Shown: positions 48,124 to 58,910 of the stretch, one piece after another | Numbering within the stretch: the stretch's first letter is position 1 | Layout of the letters: every line of letters starts with the position of its first letter | Assembly: GCA_963706325.1 (NCBI GenBank) | Contig: CAVPLT010000007.1 | Location: 736,001 to 800,000 of the forward strand | Length of the DNA: 64,000 bases | Reading direction: 5' to 3' | Origin: an uncultured Nitrospiraceae bacterium | GTDB taxonomy: Bacteria; Nitrospirota; Nitrospiria; Nitrospirales; Nitrospiraceae | Program-made: the position numbers and the translations under genes | The notes under the pieces: model-generated | Databases searched by the model: none | Seen by the model: the letters and a program-made list of their open reading frames with translations, nothing else | Told to the model about the DNA's origin: nothing

Positions 48124-49110
48124 ATGTCGCATCTGGATCGGTTTCTCATCATCTCTGTGGTATTACTGGCCAGTGTGTTTCCAGTGGAATTGTTTCCGAA
48201 CACGGTTCCTGCACATCGAGGCGCCGACGGCCAATTTACTGGAAAACAGGGACAAATCGTTCTCATCACGATGCCGGATCTTAAGGACGCGACCAGCGTC
48301 AAAGGTCGGTTTCTGGGACGCACGATCACGCTATTTCCTGACCCCTCAAGGGGGGCAGGTTTCGGTTATATTGGCTTGCTGGGGATTGATTTGCAGGATG
48401 AGCCTGGTGCGCACGAGCTGACGGTTGATGCACAATTGGGCGAACAAATGCGGCATCTCAGTTACCAGGTCTTCGTGATGAAAGAAAAATTTTCCGTTGA
48501 GCATCTCACATTGCCGAAAGACAAAGTCGATCTGGATGACAAAGCAGCCGCGCGCTGGAAAGCTGAGCAGGAGGATGTTCGTAAAGCCCTGGCCGAAGAG
48601 TCAGCCATGCGCCTGTGGAAGACGAGATTTATCGAGCCGGTTCGAGGAAAACGCACTGGCATTTTCGGTAGCGTCAGAATCATGAATGGACAGGCGAGAA
48701 ATCCACATAATGGAGAGGATATCGGGGCTCCGCACGGTACCGATGTGCTGGCCAGCAACGATGGGGTTGTACGTCTGACTGTGGATCACATTTTTTCCGG
48801 CCGGGGCATCTTTTTGGATCACGGCCTCGGCCTCTATTCGATGTATTTTCACCTCTCTGACGTGCTGGTCAAAGAAGGTGATTTGATAAAGGCCGGACAG
48901 ATCATAGGCAAGGTCGGAACCACGGGGCGTGCCACGGGACCGCATCTCCATTGGGGGATAAAGGTGAACGGGGCTCGCGTCAACCCATATGCTCTGCTTG
49001 AATTACCGTTTCCTCAGAACCCCGCCGCGTCACAGTCGCCGTCCGCCACGCCATCTAGTCTCGTTCAGCCTGAATTGATCTCACCTGCTGTCGGTAGTGA
49101 TCAACGTTAG
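48124..49110 (+). CDS. M23 family metallopeptidase
   Basis: HNGED (HxxxD), SMYFHL and TGPHLH (HxH). Confidence 0.92.
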   Translation: MSHLDRFLIISVVLLASVFPVELFPNTVPAHRGADGQFTGKQGQIVLITMPDLKDATSVKGRFLGRTITLFPDPSRGAGFGYIGLLGIDLQDEPGAHELTVDAQLGEQMRHLSYQVFVMKEKFSVEHLTLPKDKVDLDDKAAARWKAEQEDVRKALAEESAMRLWKTRFIEPVRGKRTGIFGSVRIMNGQARNPHNGEDIGAPHGTDVLASNDGVVRLTVDHIFSGRGIFLDHGLGLYSMYFHLSDVLVKEGDLIKAGQIIGKVGTTGRATGPHLHWGIKVNGARVNPYALLELPFPQNPAASQSPSATPSSLVQPELISPAVGSDQR

Positions 49111-49325
49111 TGTGTGACGGCCTTTCCGTTTCACGTAACGCCAATATGATTCACGAAAAAGTTAGTGTTGGCATACTGATCGAAAACCCATAGCTATCCG
49201 CTAATATGATCAGGCCGGACGATGAATGACACTCCACGTCCTACGCATTCGTGATTTTCAAACCGGCGGCAATGCGGCACCCTCGGTGCGCAGCGCTGGA
49301 TCAATCTGCTGATCGGCAACTTCTG

Positions 49326-51755
49326 TCAGTGCAATCGTTCGAGACTTGGATCAAAGGCCGCGAGCACAGCCTTTGTCAGCGAGTCCGGCGTGTAGGGCTT
49401 CGGAAGAAACGCTGTCTGGGCATCACTGTCCTCGAACACTTTTCCCTGTCGGTCAGAGTAACCGGACGTGACGATGACCTTGATGTTGGGTTGCAACATT
49501 CTGAGTTCGGCGGCAAGCTCCGCTCCGCCCATCCCCGGCATAATCATATCGGTCAGCAAGAGTGCGATAGGGCGGGTCTGCCGGCGAGCGATGTCCAACG
49601 CTTCTTCAGCAGAGCGCGCTGCCAAGACCGTATAATTCCCAGCCGCCAGTATGGTGTTCGCCAGTCCCCTCACCATGTCATTGTCTTCAACCAGTAGAAT
49701 GGTTTCTGACTTATCGACCGTCCCCGCCGGTTGAATGACTGGGCGTGGCAGCTCGGCCTGCTCCGTGACCCGTGGTAGGTAGATGGTGAAGGTGGTGCCA
49801 TTTCCTGGCTCGCTCGTGATGCCGACAGTCCCTCCGCATTGGCGCGCGATGCCATACACGGTAGAGAGCCCTAGGCCCGTACCTTTCCCTTGCTCCTTCG
49901 TGGTGAAAAACGGTTCAAATATATGGGCTTGGGTTTCCGCATCCATTCCGCATCCGGTATCTCGGACCACCAATGTAGTATACGGACCAGGGGCGAGTGG
50001 GTCAGGCCAACACGGATCGGTATGCGAAATGGACACTTCCTTCGTTTCAAGCTCAAGACGGCCGCCATACGGCATGGCATCGCGGGCATTGACGACTAGA
50101 TTCATGATGACCTGTTCGATCTGTCCCGGATCCGCTTTGATGAAGCCCAATGTAGGATCCAGCGTCACGACGAGGTTGATATCTTCGCCGATCACGCGCT
50201 TCATCAATTCGGCGATGTCAACCACGCGGTCGTTCAGGTTCAGGGCCTTACGTTCGACCAGTTGGTGACGCGTGAAGGCTAACAATTGCCGAGTGAGACC
50301 AGTCGCTTTATAGCCGGCTTCCTTCATTTGTCCTACGCCGCGTCGAACCCGGGCGTTAAGTCCCGGCTCTTCCAGCAACAATTCTGCCCAGCTATTGATG
50401 ACAGTCAGGAGATTGTTGAAGTCGTGGGCGATGCCTCCCGCCATGCGTCCCAATGCTTCCATCTTTTGCGCTTGGCGAAGTTGCCGCTCGAGGTCCTTGC
50501 GGTAAAGAAACTGACTGATCATTGCGCCCAATTCGGCAACTCGCTCCAGTTTCCAGGTTGTCGGACGCAGGACTTCACAGGTCAAAAACTCCATGATGCC
50601 CAGGATGTCTTTACCCTTGTGGATCGGAAACGCCAGGCCACCATGTAGCTCGGCCTGTCGAGTTGCCTGCAGAGCGGGCAATCCTTTCTCCAGTTGAATA
50701 TCCGGCCAGAGCAAGATCTCTCCGGTCTTCCAGACCTGTCCGGCAAGTCCCGTCCCTGGTTGCAAAACCAAGCCTCGGTACTGTCGGGCAAACTCTTCGG
50801 CGAACCTTCCAGTCTGGTGCCATAGCGCCTCGCAGCGTAACGTTTTTCCGTGAGTATTGGGGAGCCACAATGCTCCCAATGTCCAGCCTTGTAGTTCACA
50901 CATGGCGCGGATGATTTTCGGCACGGCCTCATTGAAGGTGACTGATTCCTCGAGCGCCAGGCCAATGGCGACCTGCGTGGCGTGCATAGTCTCCGCCTGT
51001 CTGCGTTCGGTGATATCGCTCTTCGCCCCGATCATCCGATAGGGTTTGCCATGAGAGTCTCGAAGCACATAGCCATGGTCGATCACATAGGCATACGTGC
51101 CGTCGGTCCTTCGATACCGATACTCGGCGGTCCACAGGTGCTGATCCGATTCGAGCACATAGGCCAGGCCGGCGATGATTGATGCCCGGTCTGCAGGATG
51201 GATTTGCTCGGACCAGGCCAGCCATCCCTCCTCCGAGTCCTGCCGGCCGTATCCATACACGGTTTCGTAGGCCTCGTTCCACCACACGACACCCGAGGTG
51301 ATATCCCAATCCCAGATCGCGTCTCTGGTTGCGAGGCAGGTCAGTTGAAAACGCTCTTCGCTTTTCCTCAAAGCTTGTTCGACACGATGTCGGCCCATCG
51401 CATAACGAATCGCGCGTCTCAGCGTATCTCCAGTCAACCGTCCTTTGACGAGATAATCTTGCGCCCCATGAAGAAGGGATTCTTCGGCGATTCCGTCGTC
51501 GTCCAGCCCGGTCAAGACAATGACGGGAGCCTCATGCGCTTTTGCTCGCACACGATCAAGGCTTTCCAATCCCTGGCTGTCGGGAAGCGATAGATCCACT
51601 AAAATCGCGTCCACCTGATTCTGCGCGAGTGTGACAAAGCCCGCTTCAAGCGTGCCGGCCCAGTGTAAGGTGAAGCTGTGGGAAGAATGTTCCGAGAGGG
51701 CTTCCCGGATCAGCTCCGCGTCATCCTCATTATCCTCGATCAGCAACACATGCAC
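49326..51755 (-). CDS. Hybrid sensor kinase REC-PAS-GAF-HisKA-HATPase-REC
   Basis: [49 protein letters not shown] and a C-terminal REC (DMIMP, LPKP). Confidence 0.93.
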   Translation of the reverse strand: MHVLLIEDNEDDAELIREALSEHSSHSFTLHWAGTLEAGFVTLAQNQVDAILVDLSLPDSQGLESLDRVRAKAHEAPVIVLTGLDDDGIAEESLLHGAQDYLVKGRLTGDTLRRAIRYAMGRHRVEQALRKSEERFQLTCLATRDAIWDWDITSGVVWWNEAYETVYGYGRQDSEEGWLAWSEQIHPADRASIIAGLAYVLESDQHLWTAEYRYRRTDGTYAYVIDHGYVLRDSHGKPYRMIGAKSDITERRQAETMHATQVAIGLALEESVTFNEAVPKIIRAMCELQGWTLGALWLPNTHGKTLRCEALWHQTGRFAEEFARQYRGLVLQPGTGLAGQVWKTGEILLWPDIQLEKGLPALQATRQAELHGGLAFPIHKGKDILGIMEFLTCEVLRPTTWKLERVAELGAMISQFLYRKDLERQLRQAQKMEALGRMAGGIAHDFNNLLTVINSWAELLLEEPGLNARVRRGVGQMKEAGYKATGLTRQLLAFTRHQLVERKALNLNDRVVDIAELMKRVIGEDINLVVTLDPTLGFIKADPGQIEQVIMNLVVNARDAMPYGGRLELETKEVSISHTDPCWPDPLAPGPYTTLVVRDTGCGMDAETQAHIFEPFFTTKEQGKGTGLGLSTVYGIARQCGGTVGITSEPGNGTTFTIYLPRVTEQAELPRPVIQPAGTVDKSETILLVEDNDMVRGLANTILAAGNYTVLAARSAEEALDIARRQTRPIALLLTDMIMPGMGGAELAAELRMLQPNIKVIVTSGYSDRQGKVFEDSDAQTAFLPKPYTPDSLTKAVLAAFDPSLERLH

Positions 51756-51758
51756 GCG

Positions 51759-52199
51759 TCACCTCTTGACAAAGGGAATTTTTGACACCAAGGACCAGTA
51801 CATTTCGAACTCTTTGACGACCGTGATAAATCTCGTGAAGGTGACTGGTTTACGAATGTAGGAGCACGCGCCTTGTTCAAAGGACCGGAGGATGTCCTCC
51901 TCTCGTTCGCTCACGGTCAGCATCACGATAGGAAGGGCGCGAAAACGGGGTTCGGCCTTGATTGCCGAGAGTACTTCGAGGCCGGTCTTTTTCGGCATAT
52001 TGATGTCGAGCAATACCATGCCTGGCAGCAGGGACTCTTTGAAAGCGCCCTCTCCACGCAAATAGGCCAAGGCTTCTTCACCGTCCCGCACGACGGCAAT
52101 ACGATTGACCATATTCACTTCCTCGAATGCCTCGCGGATGAGCAAAATATCATCCTCATTGTCTTCCGCGATCAGAATATCGAACGGTCGCAGCGTCAT
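51759..52199 (-). CDS. Single-domain response regulator (Rcp1-like)
   Basis: AEDNEDD, DGEEAL, LLDINMPKKTG, MLTVS and SYIRKPV. Confidence 0.93.
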   Translation of the reverse strand: MTLRPFDILIAEDNEDDILLIREAFEEVNMVNRIAVVRDGEEALAYLRGEGAFKESLLPGMVLLDINMPKKTGLEVLSAIKAEPRFRALPIVMLTVSEREEDILRSFEQGACSYIRKPVTFTRFITVVKEFEMYWSLVSKIPFVKR

Positions 52200-55100
52200 A
52201 GACCCACCTCTTTCGCCGCGTGGTCTTTCACGCCAAATGTGATGTAAAATTCAGCCCCCCCTCCTTCGCGAGACGTCGCCCAGGCGCGTCCGCCATGTCG
52301 TTCCGCGACCTGGCGAACGATGGCCAACCCCGCTCCCGTTCCCTCCACTTCACGGCCGACCGCTCGTTTGAACAGATCGAAAATTCGCTCACGGTGTTCT
52401 GAAGCAATTCCCGGTCCGCGATCACGTATAACCAATCCCACGCATGTGGGACCTTGCGAATCGCTTTCGATATAAGACGCAATGTCAATCTCCGGAGGCT
52501 GACCAGGGCTCACGAATTTCAGCGCATTCGTCACAAGATTATAAATACCTTGGATGGCCCAGGTTCGATTCACACGGAGTCGCGGTAGAGGTGAATGGAT
52601 CGTAATGTGGGCCTGAGTCTCTTTCACGCGGCTCTCGAGTCTCCGTAACACTTCTTGCACGAGGAGCTCTGATTCAATATCCTCGGTTGGCGCTTCCATG
52701 CGTTGGGCGCGCGAAAGATTGAGAATGTCGGTCAGCAACTGGTCGAGCCGCTGAGTGGCGCGAATGATCCGCCGCAGAAAGTCTTGTCCCTTCTCATCCA
52801 GCCGATCGGCATAGCGCTCTTGAATGAGCACGGAAAAACTTTCGATTGCGCGCAGCGGTTCTTTGAGGTCGTGAGAGGTCACGTGCAAAAGAGTTTCCAG
52901 ATCCTTATTCTTCCTGAGAATGGTCTCTTCGAACCGCCTTCGTTGAGTAATATCACGATTGGTTTCCAGCACGAGATGGCGGCCGTTGGCCTTCAAGAGG
53001 CCCCATCGGGTTTCCACCAGCAAGTCTTGTCCCGCTTTGGTGCGATGATGCACTTCCCCCGTCCACTCACCCGTTGCTTCCAGGATGGCTCGGATTTCAG
53101 CGAATGGCGACGGAAACATCGTGTTGAGCAACTGGTAACTGGTGCGCCCGAGAGCCTCTGAGGCTGCATAGCCATACAGTTGCTCACAGCCCAGATTCCA
53201 CTGCGCGATTCCGCGTTCCATATCCCAGGCAAAAATAGGCTCCTGTGACAATTCCAATAACCGACGCTGTTGTTGCAGCATTTCTTCTGCCCGCTTCCTA
53301 GCGGTGATATCCCGTGCGATGGTAGACACGCCGATTACAGCGAGCCTGGAGTCTTTGATAGGGGAGATGGTCAGCGACACGTCGACATAGGTACCGTCTT
53401 TTCGCCTTCGAAGGGTTTCGATCTGCTGGACCTGTTTGCCCGCCTTGACATGTTCAATGATCATGAGTTCTTCATGTCGGCACTCGGCGGGGACCAGAAT
53501 CAGGATGGAGCGACCGATTGTTTCGTCGGCTGTATAGCCGAACATGCGTTCAGCGGCCGTATTCCAAGTGAGCACAATGCCGTCGAGAGATTTGCTGATG
53601 ATCGCGTCGGAGGAAGATTCGACAATCGCTCCCAAACGAGCCTGTGTGGCTTCCGCTTGCTTGCGATCGTCGATATCTGTATTCGCGCCTAACCATTTCA
53701 TGACACGTCCGTCCGTGCCGCGAATTGGGGTGACATGGGTGTGGAACCAGCGGTAGCTTCCATCAGTCCCACGAATACGGAATTCGAGCTCGAATGCTTG
53801 GTTCAGGCTCATCGCGGCTTGCCACCCTTCCGCCGTCATAGCCCGATCATCGGGATGAAGGTGTCGTATCCAGCCGCTGCCCAACTGTCTTTCTGCCGGG
53901 ATACCGGTATAGGTGACCCATTGTGGACTGAGATAGTCACAGCCTCCTTCCGCCGCGCAGGTCCAAATAAGCTGCGGCAAACCTTCGAGGAGGTCGCGGA
54001 AGCGGCCCTCGCTCGCCTTAAGCGCATCTTCTGCTTGTTTCCGTTGAGAAATATCGCGAAGAATGACGGTGAAGAGCTTCTGTCCCCGAGCGGGCACCTG
54101 TGAAATGGAAGCCTCAATTGGAAATTCTTCTCCATTCGCACGGAGGCCAGAGATGGTGCCGAGGGCGCCCATCCCGCGTTTTGTGACGGAGGTTTGCCAA
54201 AAGGCCGCAACATGATGGCTATGCGAGGCGCGAAAGCGGTCAGGAATGAGCAGGGTCACCGATTGGCCAATCGTCTCCTCGGCCCGACGTCCGAACATCG
54301 TCTCCGCCGCCCCATTGAAGTGGGTGACTTCCTGTCGGTCGTTAATCGTAATGATTGCGTCCATGGCGGAGTTGAAAATGCCGCTGAGGAGTTCTTCGCT
54401 GTCACGTACCGCGGCAAGCGCTTCCTTGTATTCTGTGATATCAATACAAGAGCCGATGAAGCCGACGAACCGATTGTCCCCTTCCAGGCGTGGGACGCCG
54501 TGGTCCAGAAGCCACCGCCACTCTCCGTCATGCCGTCGCAAGCGATATTGCATCTTAAATTCACGTTTGGCATCAAAGGCGCTTTCATAGACCCGGAGGC
54601 AATAGTCAACGTCGTCGGGATGGACATTTTCGGCCCATCCGTTTCCCCGTTCCTGTTCCAGAGTGCGGCCGACGAATGTTAACCAGGGATTGTTGAACCA
54701 GACGTATCCCTTAGACAGGTCGCTGACCCAAATCAACACGGGGGCATTGTCTGCCATCAACTGAAAGCGAGCCTCGGTTGATTTTACGGCCGCCTGGGCA
54801 TTGCGAGTGGCGATCAGCTCCTGCTCCAGCCGCTGGTTCGAGACTCGAAGCTCCTCAGTTCGATCCTTGACATCAGATTCGAGCCTCTCGTGACTCATGC
54901 GAAGCAAGTCATCCGCCCGTTTACGGTCGGTGATATCCACAAGTGTAGCGCGGCTGGATACAAATTGGCCTTCCGCATCCGAGACGGCAGTGGCACTGAG
55001 GATCACGGGAAATTGCGCGCCGTTTTTCTTGACGATGTCAAACTCTAAGCCGTTGACGTGGCCTTGCTTCATAACGATGGCGAACTGTTCTTTAAAGCGC

Positions 55101-55714
55101 TCCACCCTATCCAGGGCTATCAGCTCAATAAAATGCTTCCGTCCTATGAGTTCCTGTGCCGTGTATCCGAGCCAGTCGAGTTCAGTCTGATTCATCGCAA
55201 TAATAAGGCCCTCAGGATCGAGAGAATGATAGCCGCAGGGCGCATTGTCATAGAGGTCTTGCAAGTCCTCAGCATTCTTCGCCAATAAGCGTTCCCGAAG
55301 TTTGAGGGCCTCATGCTCTACTTCCAGCCTCGTAGCCTTGATCAGGTCGTGCGTCATGCGCTTCTGTTGGACGATCGCGTAGGCTATGATCGAAAATATG
55401 ACAATGCCGACTACGCGATTAAGGAGCGGAATCCACGGCGGCACTTCGACCAAGTTCGGGGAAATGAAATATGCGAGAAAGGTCATCCCGGCGCAGCAAC
55501 CGGCCAGGGTTGACGGAGCCCAGAAATAGGGCATCTGATGCGTGAGGATCAGTGGAATCAGGTACAGTACCCAAACGGGAATTCCGCGAGGAGTGAGGCT
55601 ATCGAGGATAAAAACCAGCCCTGCCAGGAGACCGGCCAGAGCGACGGATGCCAATCCGTAATCAGGGAGAAGAGTCGTTCCCTCCCGAGGCGCGGAAGGA
55701 CAAGCTGTCGTCAT
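52196..55714 (-). CDS. Membrane multi-PAS sensor histidine kinase
   Basis: N-terminal TM segments, about 6 PAS/PAC repeats, SHDLKEPLRAI, NLVTNALKF, DRGPGI and GTGAGL. Confidence 0.93.
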   Translation of the reverse strand: MTTACPSAPREGTTLLPDYGLASVALAGLLAGLVFILDSLTPRGIPVWVLYLIPLILTHQMPYFWAPSTLAGCCAGMTFLAYFISPNLVEVPPWIPLLNRVVGIVIFSIIAYAIVQQKRMTHDLIKATRLEVEHEALKLRERLLAKNAEDLQDLYDNAPCGYHSLDPEGLIIAMNQTELDWLGYTAQELIGRKHFIELIALDRVERFKEQFAIVMKQGHVNGLEFDIVKKNGAQFPVILSATAVSDAEGQFVSSRATLVDITDRKRADDLLRMSHERLESDVKDRTEELRVSNQRLEQELIATRNAQAAVKSTEARFQLMADNAPVLIWVSDLSKGYVWFNNPWLTFVGRTLEQERGNGWAENVHPDDVDYCLRVYESAFDAKREFKMQYRLRRHDGEWRWLLDHGVPRLEGDNRFVGFIGSCIDITEYKEALAAVRDSEELLSGIFNSAMDAIITINDRQEVTHFNGAAETMFGRRAEETIGQSVTLLIPDRFRASHSHHVAAFWQTSVTKRGMGALGTISGLRANGEEFPIEASISQVPARGQKLFTVILRDISQRKQAEDALKASEGRFRDLLEGLPQLIWTCAAEGGCDYLSPQWVTYTGIPAERQLGSGWIRHLHPDDRAMTAEGWQAAMSLNQAFELEFRIRGTDGSYRWFHTHVTPIRGTDGRVMKWLGANTDIDDRKQAEATQARLGAIVESSSDAIISKSLDGIVLTWNTAAERMFGYTADETIGRSILILVPAECRHEELMIIEHVKAGKQVQQIETLRRRKDGTYVDVSLTISPIKDSRLAVIGVSTIARDITARKRAEEMLQQQRRLLELSQEPIFAWDMERGIAQWNLGCEQLYGYAASEALGRTSYQLLNTMFPSPFAEIRAILEATGEWTGEVHHRTKAGQDLLVETRWGLLKANGRHLVLETNRDITQRRRFEETILRKNKDLETLLHVTSHDLKEPLRAIESFSVLIQERYADRLDEKGQDFLRRIIRATQRLDQLLTDILNLSRAQRMEAPTEDIESELLVQEVLRRLESRVKETQAHITIHSPLPRLRVNRTWAIQGIYNLVTNALKFVSPGQPPEIDIASYIESDSQGPTCVGLVIRDRGPGIASEHRERIFDLFKRAVGREVEGTGAGLAIVRQVAERHGGRAWATSREGGGAEFYITFGVKDHAAKEVGL

Positions 55715-55827
55715 AGAGCTCCTGTTTTGAGGGCCGATCGGATGGTCGAAGGACGACCCGAATAAACCGTACTATAAGGTAGAAATACTATGAAGAAATC
55801 TTTGTGTTTTGAGCAGCTGGGATCTTA

Positions 55828-55845
55828 CCTAGGGTAATCCCTAGG
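55828..55845. promoter_or_regulatory. Inverted repeat upstream of the kinase operon, putative regulator site
   Basis: CCTAGGG-TAAT-CCCTAGG in an AT-rich intergenic region. Confidence 0.5.
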
Positions 55846-55921
55846 GGGCTGCTAAGCGTGATGTATCATTGCCTCGCCGACGACCAGGTATAGCCGGTCT
55901 TGTTCAAGGTTGGTCAGGAAT

Positions 55922-57334
55922 TCATTCGATCGTGGAAGCGGTCATATTCAAAACGGTCGCGGCGGCTTTCGATAACGCAGCGTCTTGCTCGTGATCGAGT
56001 GCATACACACGAAATTGGATCAGGCGGGTGGGAAGCAAGTCCAACAATTCTTCCAGCGGCTCCGGCGACAGACGCTGAGTGCTGGGATCGTAGACCAAAA
56101 GAGGAATGCCTCGTGTATCCTTTGGGTCCGGACGCGGATCGAGCAAAGCCATATCGACTCGGAAGGGCAAGGACTGTAACGTTGCCGGCAGGGCTTCTTG
56201 TATGAGTTCGCGGAACTGTTCCTGGCTAGGGAAATCCATTCCTCGCTCAATCCCCTTTTCCTTGAGCACCGTGCTATAGGCCATCTTCCATTTCACATCA
56301 CGGCCGAGAATATGCGCCCACTCGTGATGCAGGCGACGCAGGTTGCTCCGTCCTGCTGTCTTCCATCGTCGAACATCCTCCAGCAAAGACCAGTCTGTCA
56401 GGGTCAGATACTCATCCATGTGTGTGGCGGGGTTGGAAGGGAACAGCAGCTTCATGGTGTCGCCGAAGATGTCGCGTAGGTGAATGTCAATGGCTCGAGT
56501 CGTGCGGTGATAATACACATTGGAGTAAAGATACATTCTCGTGTTCAGGAACATATGCAAGGCCGGTAGGCCCGTCTTATGAATCGTAAAACCCTTCTCG
56601 GTGATGATGCTGTAGTGAATCAAGCGGGTCAAATCGACCGGGCCCACCGCGACACCGCACATGTAGGCATCGCGCAGGACGTAGTCCAGATTGTCGGCGG
56701 TGTAGCTGCCTGAAATCACTGGTTGGAGGAAGTTGATCCAGCGCGGAATCCTGGAGTTGTCTTTGCCCTTCTCCTTTAGGATCACATGCGCGATCAGATC
56801 CGGGTTCAGTTCTTCGCCTCGCTCGAACGGACCGGACGGACTCCGGCGGATTTTTTTGATGAGTGGCCCAAGATGTTCGCGCACAATAATTTGGCCAAGT
56901 TTTTCATGCGAGAGACCAAACCCGTGCAGGTAATTGTCGTCGAAGAAATGACAAAAAGGCCCATGCCCGATGTCATGCACCAGCGCCGTGATTCTCAGGA
57001 ATTCTTCGACAAAGGCCGCCGAGGGAACGTTGGGCACGGCCTTTTGCAAGAAGGGATAGAGATGGCGCGCAAACCGGCCGGCCACGTGCATCGTGCCGAG
57101 CGAGTGCACAAAGCGCGTGTGTTCTGCCGAGGGATAGACCCATCGGGCGCTCTGCAATTGATAGATATAACGCAGCCGCTGGACCCAAGGAGAATCAATC
57201 AGATCTTTTTCAGTGCGCTCTTCGGGATCCAGTGTCGCATAAGGAACCGTGAAGGAGACGTATTCATGGATGGGATCAGCAATAAGGGCCGATCCATCAT
57301 GGGGCGCCGGAGGATTTGCGGAGGGTAATTTCAT
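55922..57334 (-). CDS. HD-domain phosphohydrolase (dNTP triphosphohydrolase-like)
   Basis: DPIH, QRLRYIYQL, EHTRFVHSLG, HDIGHGPFCH, DNLDYVLRD and VYYHRT. Confidence 0.92.
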   Translation of the reverse strand: MKLPSANPPAPHDGSALIADPIHEYVSFTVPYATLDPEERTEKDLIDSPWVQRLRYIYQLQSARWVYPSAEHTRFVHSLGTMHVAGRFARHLYPFLQKAVPNVPSAAFVEEFLRITALVHDIGHGPFCHFFDDNYLHGFGLSHEKLGQIIVREHLGPLIKKIRRSPSGPFERGEELNPDLIAHVILKEKGKDNSRIPRWINFLQPVISGSYTADNLDYVLRDAYMCGVAVGPVDLTRLIHYSIITEKGFTIHKTGLPALHMFLNTRMYLYSNVYYHRTTRAIDIHLRDIFGDTMKLLFPSNPATHMDEYLTLTDWSLLEDVRRWKTAGRSNLRRLHHEWAHILGRDVKWKMAYSTVLKEKGIERGMDFPSQEQFRELIQEALPATLQSLPFRVDMALLDPRPDPKDTRGIPLLVYDPSTQRLSPEPLEELLDLLPTRLIQFRVYALDHEQDAALSKAAATVLNMTASTIE

Positions 57335-57357
57335 GCGACGATTGTGATGAACGAATC

Positions 57358-57837
57358 TTAGCGCAGGCTTGGCGGAGGGGGCAATGGTTCATGTCCTTCG
57401 GTTGGCTTGCTCTGACGATACTTGGAAATTAAAGCGTACGCGAGCGGATAAGCCAGGAGACCGCCGACCATACTCAAGACCATTCCGCCCACGAAGAACG
57501 GCCAGGCATAGGGCATCACTTGATGATAGATTCCCGTGAAGGTCAGGTCGCTCCAATCGAAGGCGGGAAAGTCATGGATGCCCAGTAATGTGGCTCCGGT
57601 CCAATAGGTTCCTCCGAGAACGGGGATAAGGGTCCAAGGATTGTTCAGAAACGCGCCGGCCAGCAGTGCGATCAGATTTAATCCGAACGCCCAGGCGCAA
57701 AACCCCACCATCAGCATGTGGAGGCCGTATGCCGGAGAAAAGCCGATGACCACGCCGACGGCGAAGGCCAAAGCGGTGCGGTGTGGCGTTTCTCGAAGAT
57801 GAAGAATTTGTCGGAACAGCGAACGAACATCTGCCAT
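57358..57837 (-). CDS. DUF2062-like membrane protein
   Basis: ETPHRTALAFAVGVVIGFSP and LNNPWT. Hydrophobic. Confidence 0.8.
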   Translation of the reverse strand: MADVRSLFRQILHLRETPHRTALAFAVGVVIGFSPAYGLHMLMVGFCAWAFGLNLIALLAGAFLNNPWTLIPVLGGTYWTGATLLGIHDFPAFDWSDLTFTGIYHQVMPYAWPFFVGGMVLSMVGGLLAYPLAYALISKYRQSKPTEGHEPLPPPPSLR

Positions 57838-57856
57838 AAGCGGATCTGTTCCAGGT

Positions 57857-58909
57857 CTAGGAAGACGGCCTGAGAAAGTGTTCGTAACTCGTGTTCGAAA
57901 GGGCCGTAGCAGTACCGTCGGCTTGCCGGACTCGAAGGCCGAGACGTTGTGGCGTAATCGAGCCGATACAGGTGAAACGAAACGCGGTTCTGGCCCTCAA
58001 CCGCTCGAAGCGTGGTCGTTGACTGAGGGGAACTGTGAACAGCAACTCGTAATCTTCTCCCCCTTGTAAGGCAAGGTGCGGTGCATCGAGATGATAGGTC
58101 TTGGCATAGGCTCGACAGGCCGGCGAGAGGGGGAGCGAAGTTTCGACGATGTCCGCGCCGACGTTGCTCTCTTCGCAGAGATGCCAAAGATCGCCGCTCA
58201 GGCCGTCGGAGACATCAATGGCGGCGGTGGCGAGGCCGTGCTTGACGAGCCACTGACCTTCGGCAACGCGGGCGGAAGGCCGCTGGTGCCGAGCCAGCAG
58301 AAACCGGCAGTGCGTCGGCTTCAAGGTCGCATGACGCGATTGCGCAGAATGCATGAGGAGTCCGAGGCCGGCATGAGAATCGCCCAACGTCCCGGTCACA
58401 AAGAGGGAATCGCCGATGCGGGCACCGCTCCGGAGCAAGGCCTGACCGGGTTTGACGATTCCGGTGAGTGTGATGCTGAGAAATAGTCCGCGTTGAGAGG
58501 CAGAGGTGTCTCCCCCGACGAGCGACAGGCGATAGGGCCGCCCCGCTTGCATCATGCCGCGGTAGAGTCGTTGAATCTGTCTTGTCGAGCAGGTCGGCGG
58601 AATAGCGATCGCGACGAGCATGAAACGGGGAGTGCCGCCCATGGCTGCGATATCACTCAGGTTCGCGATGGCGGCACGATACCCGATATCTTCGAAGGAG
58701 GACAGGGCAGGATCGAAGTGAATTCCCTCAGTCAGAAGATCGGTCGTGATGAGCGTCCACTCTGAGGTCGAGGTTTTGAGGATGGCGGTGTCGTCGCCGA
58801 TCCCTTTGAATACCTGACGGTCCGGCCTTGCCGCCTGAGCCTGCAGGCTTCGGATCAGCCCAAATTCATTGCTGACAGGGCTGGTCCGACGAGATCGGCC
58901 GGATGGCAT
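57857..58909 (-). CDS. thiL: Thiamine-monophosphate kinase
   Basis: EFGLI, GIGDDTA, NLSDIAAMGG, VGGDT, IDVSDGL and GGEDYEL. Confidence 0.96.
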   Translation of the reverse strand: MPSGRSRRTSPVSNEFGLIRSLQAQAARPDRQVFKGIGDDTAILKTSTSEWTLITTDLLTEGIHFDPALSSFEDIGYRAAIANLSDIAAMGGTPRFMLVAIAIPPTCSTRQIQRLYRGMMQAGRPYRLSLVGGDTSASQRGLFLSITLTGIVKPGQALLRSGARIGDSLFVTGTLGDSHAGLGLLMHSAQSRHATLKPTHCRFLLARHQRPSARVAEGQWLVKHGLATAAIDVSDGLSGDLWHLCEESNVGADIVETSLPLSPACRAYAKTYHLDAPHLALQGGEDYELLFTVPLSQRPRFERLRARTAFRFTCIGSITPQRLGLRVRQADGTATALSNTSYEHFLRPSS

Positions 58910-58910
58910 G

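Noticed and set aside
49111..49325. AATATGAT occurring twice in the intergenic region
   Set aside because: Two 8-bp copies between convergent genes. Not a CRISPR or a convincing regulatory array.
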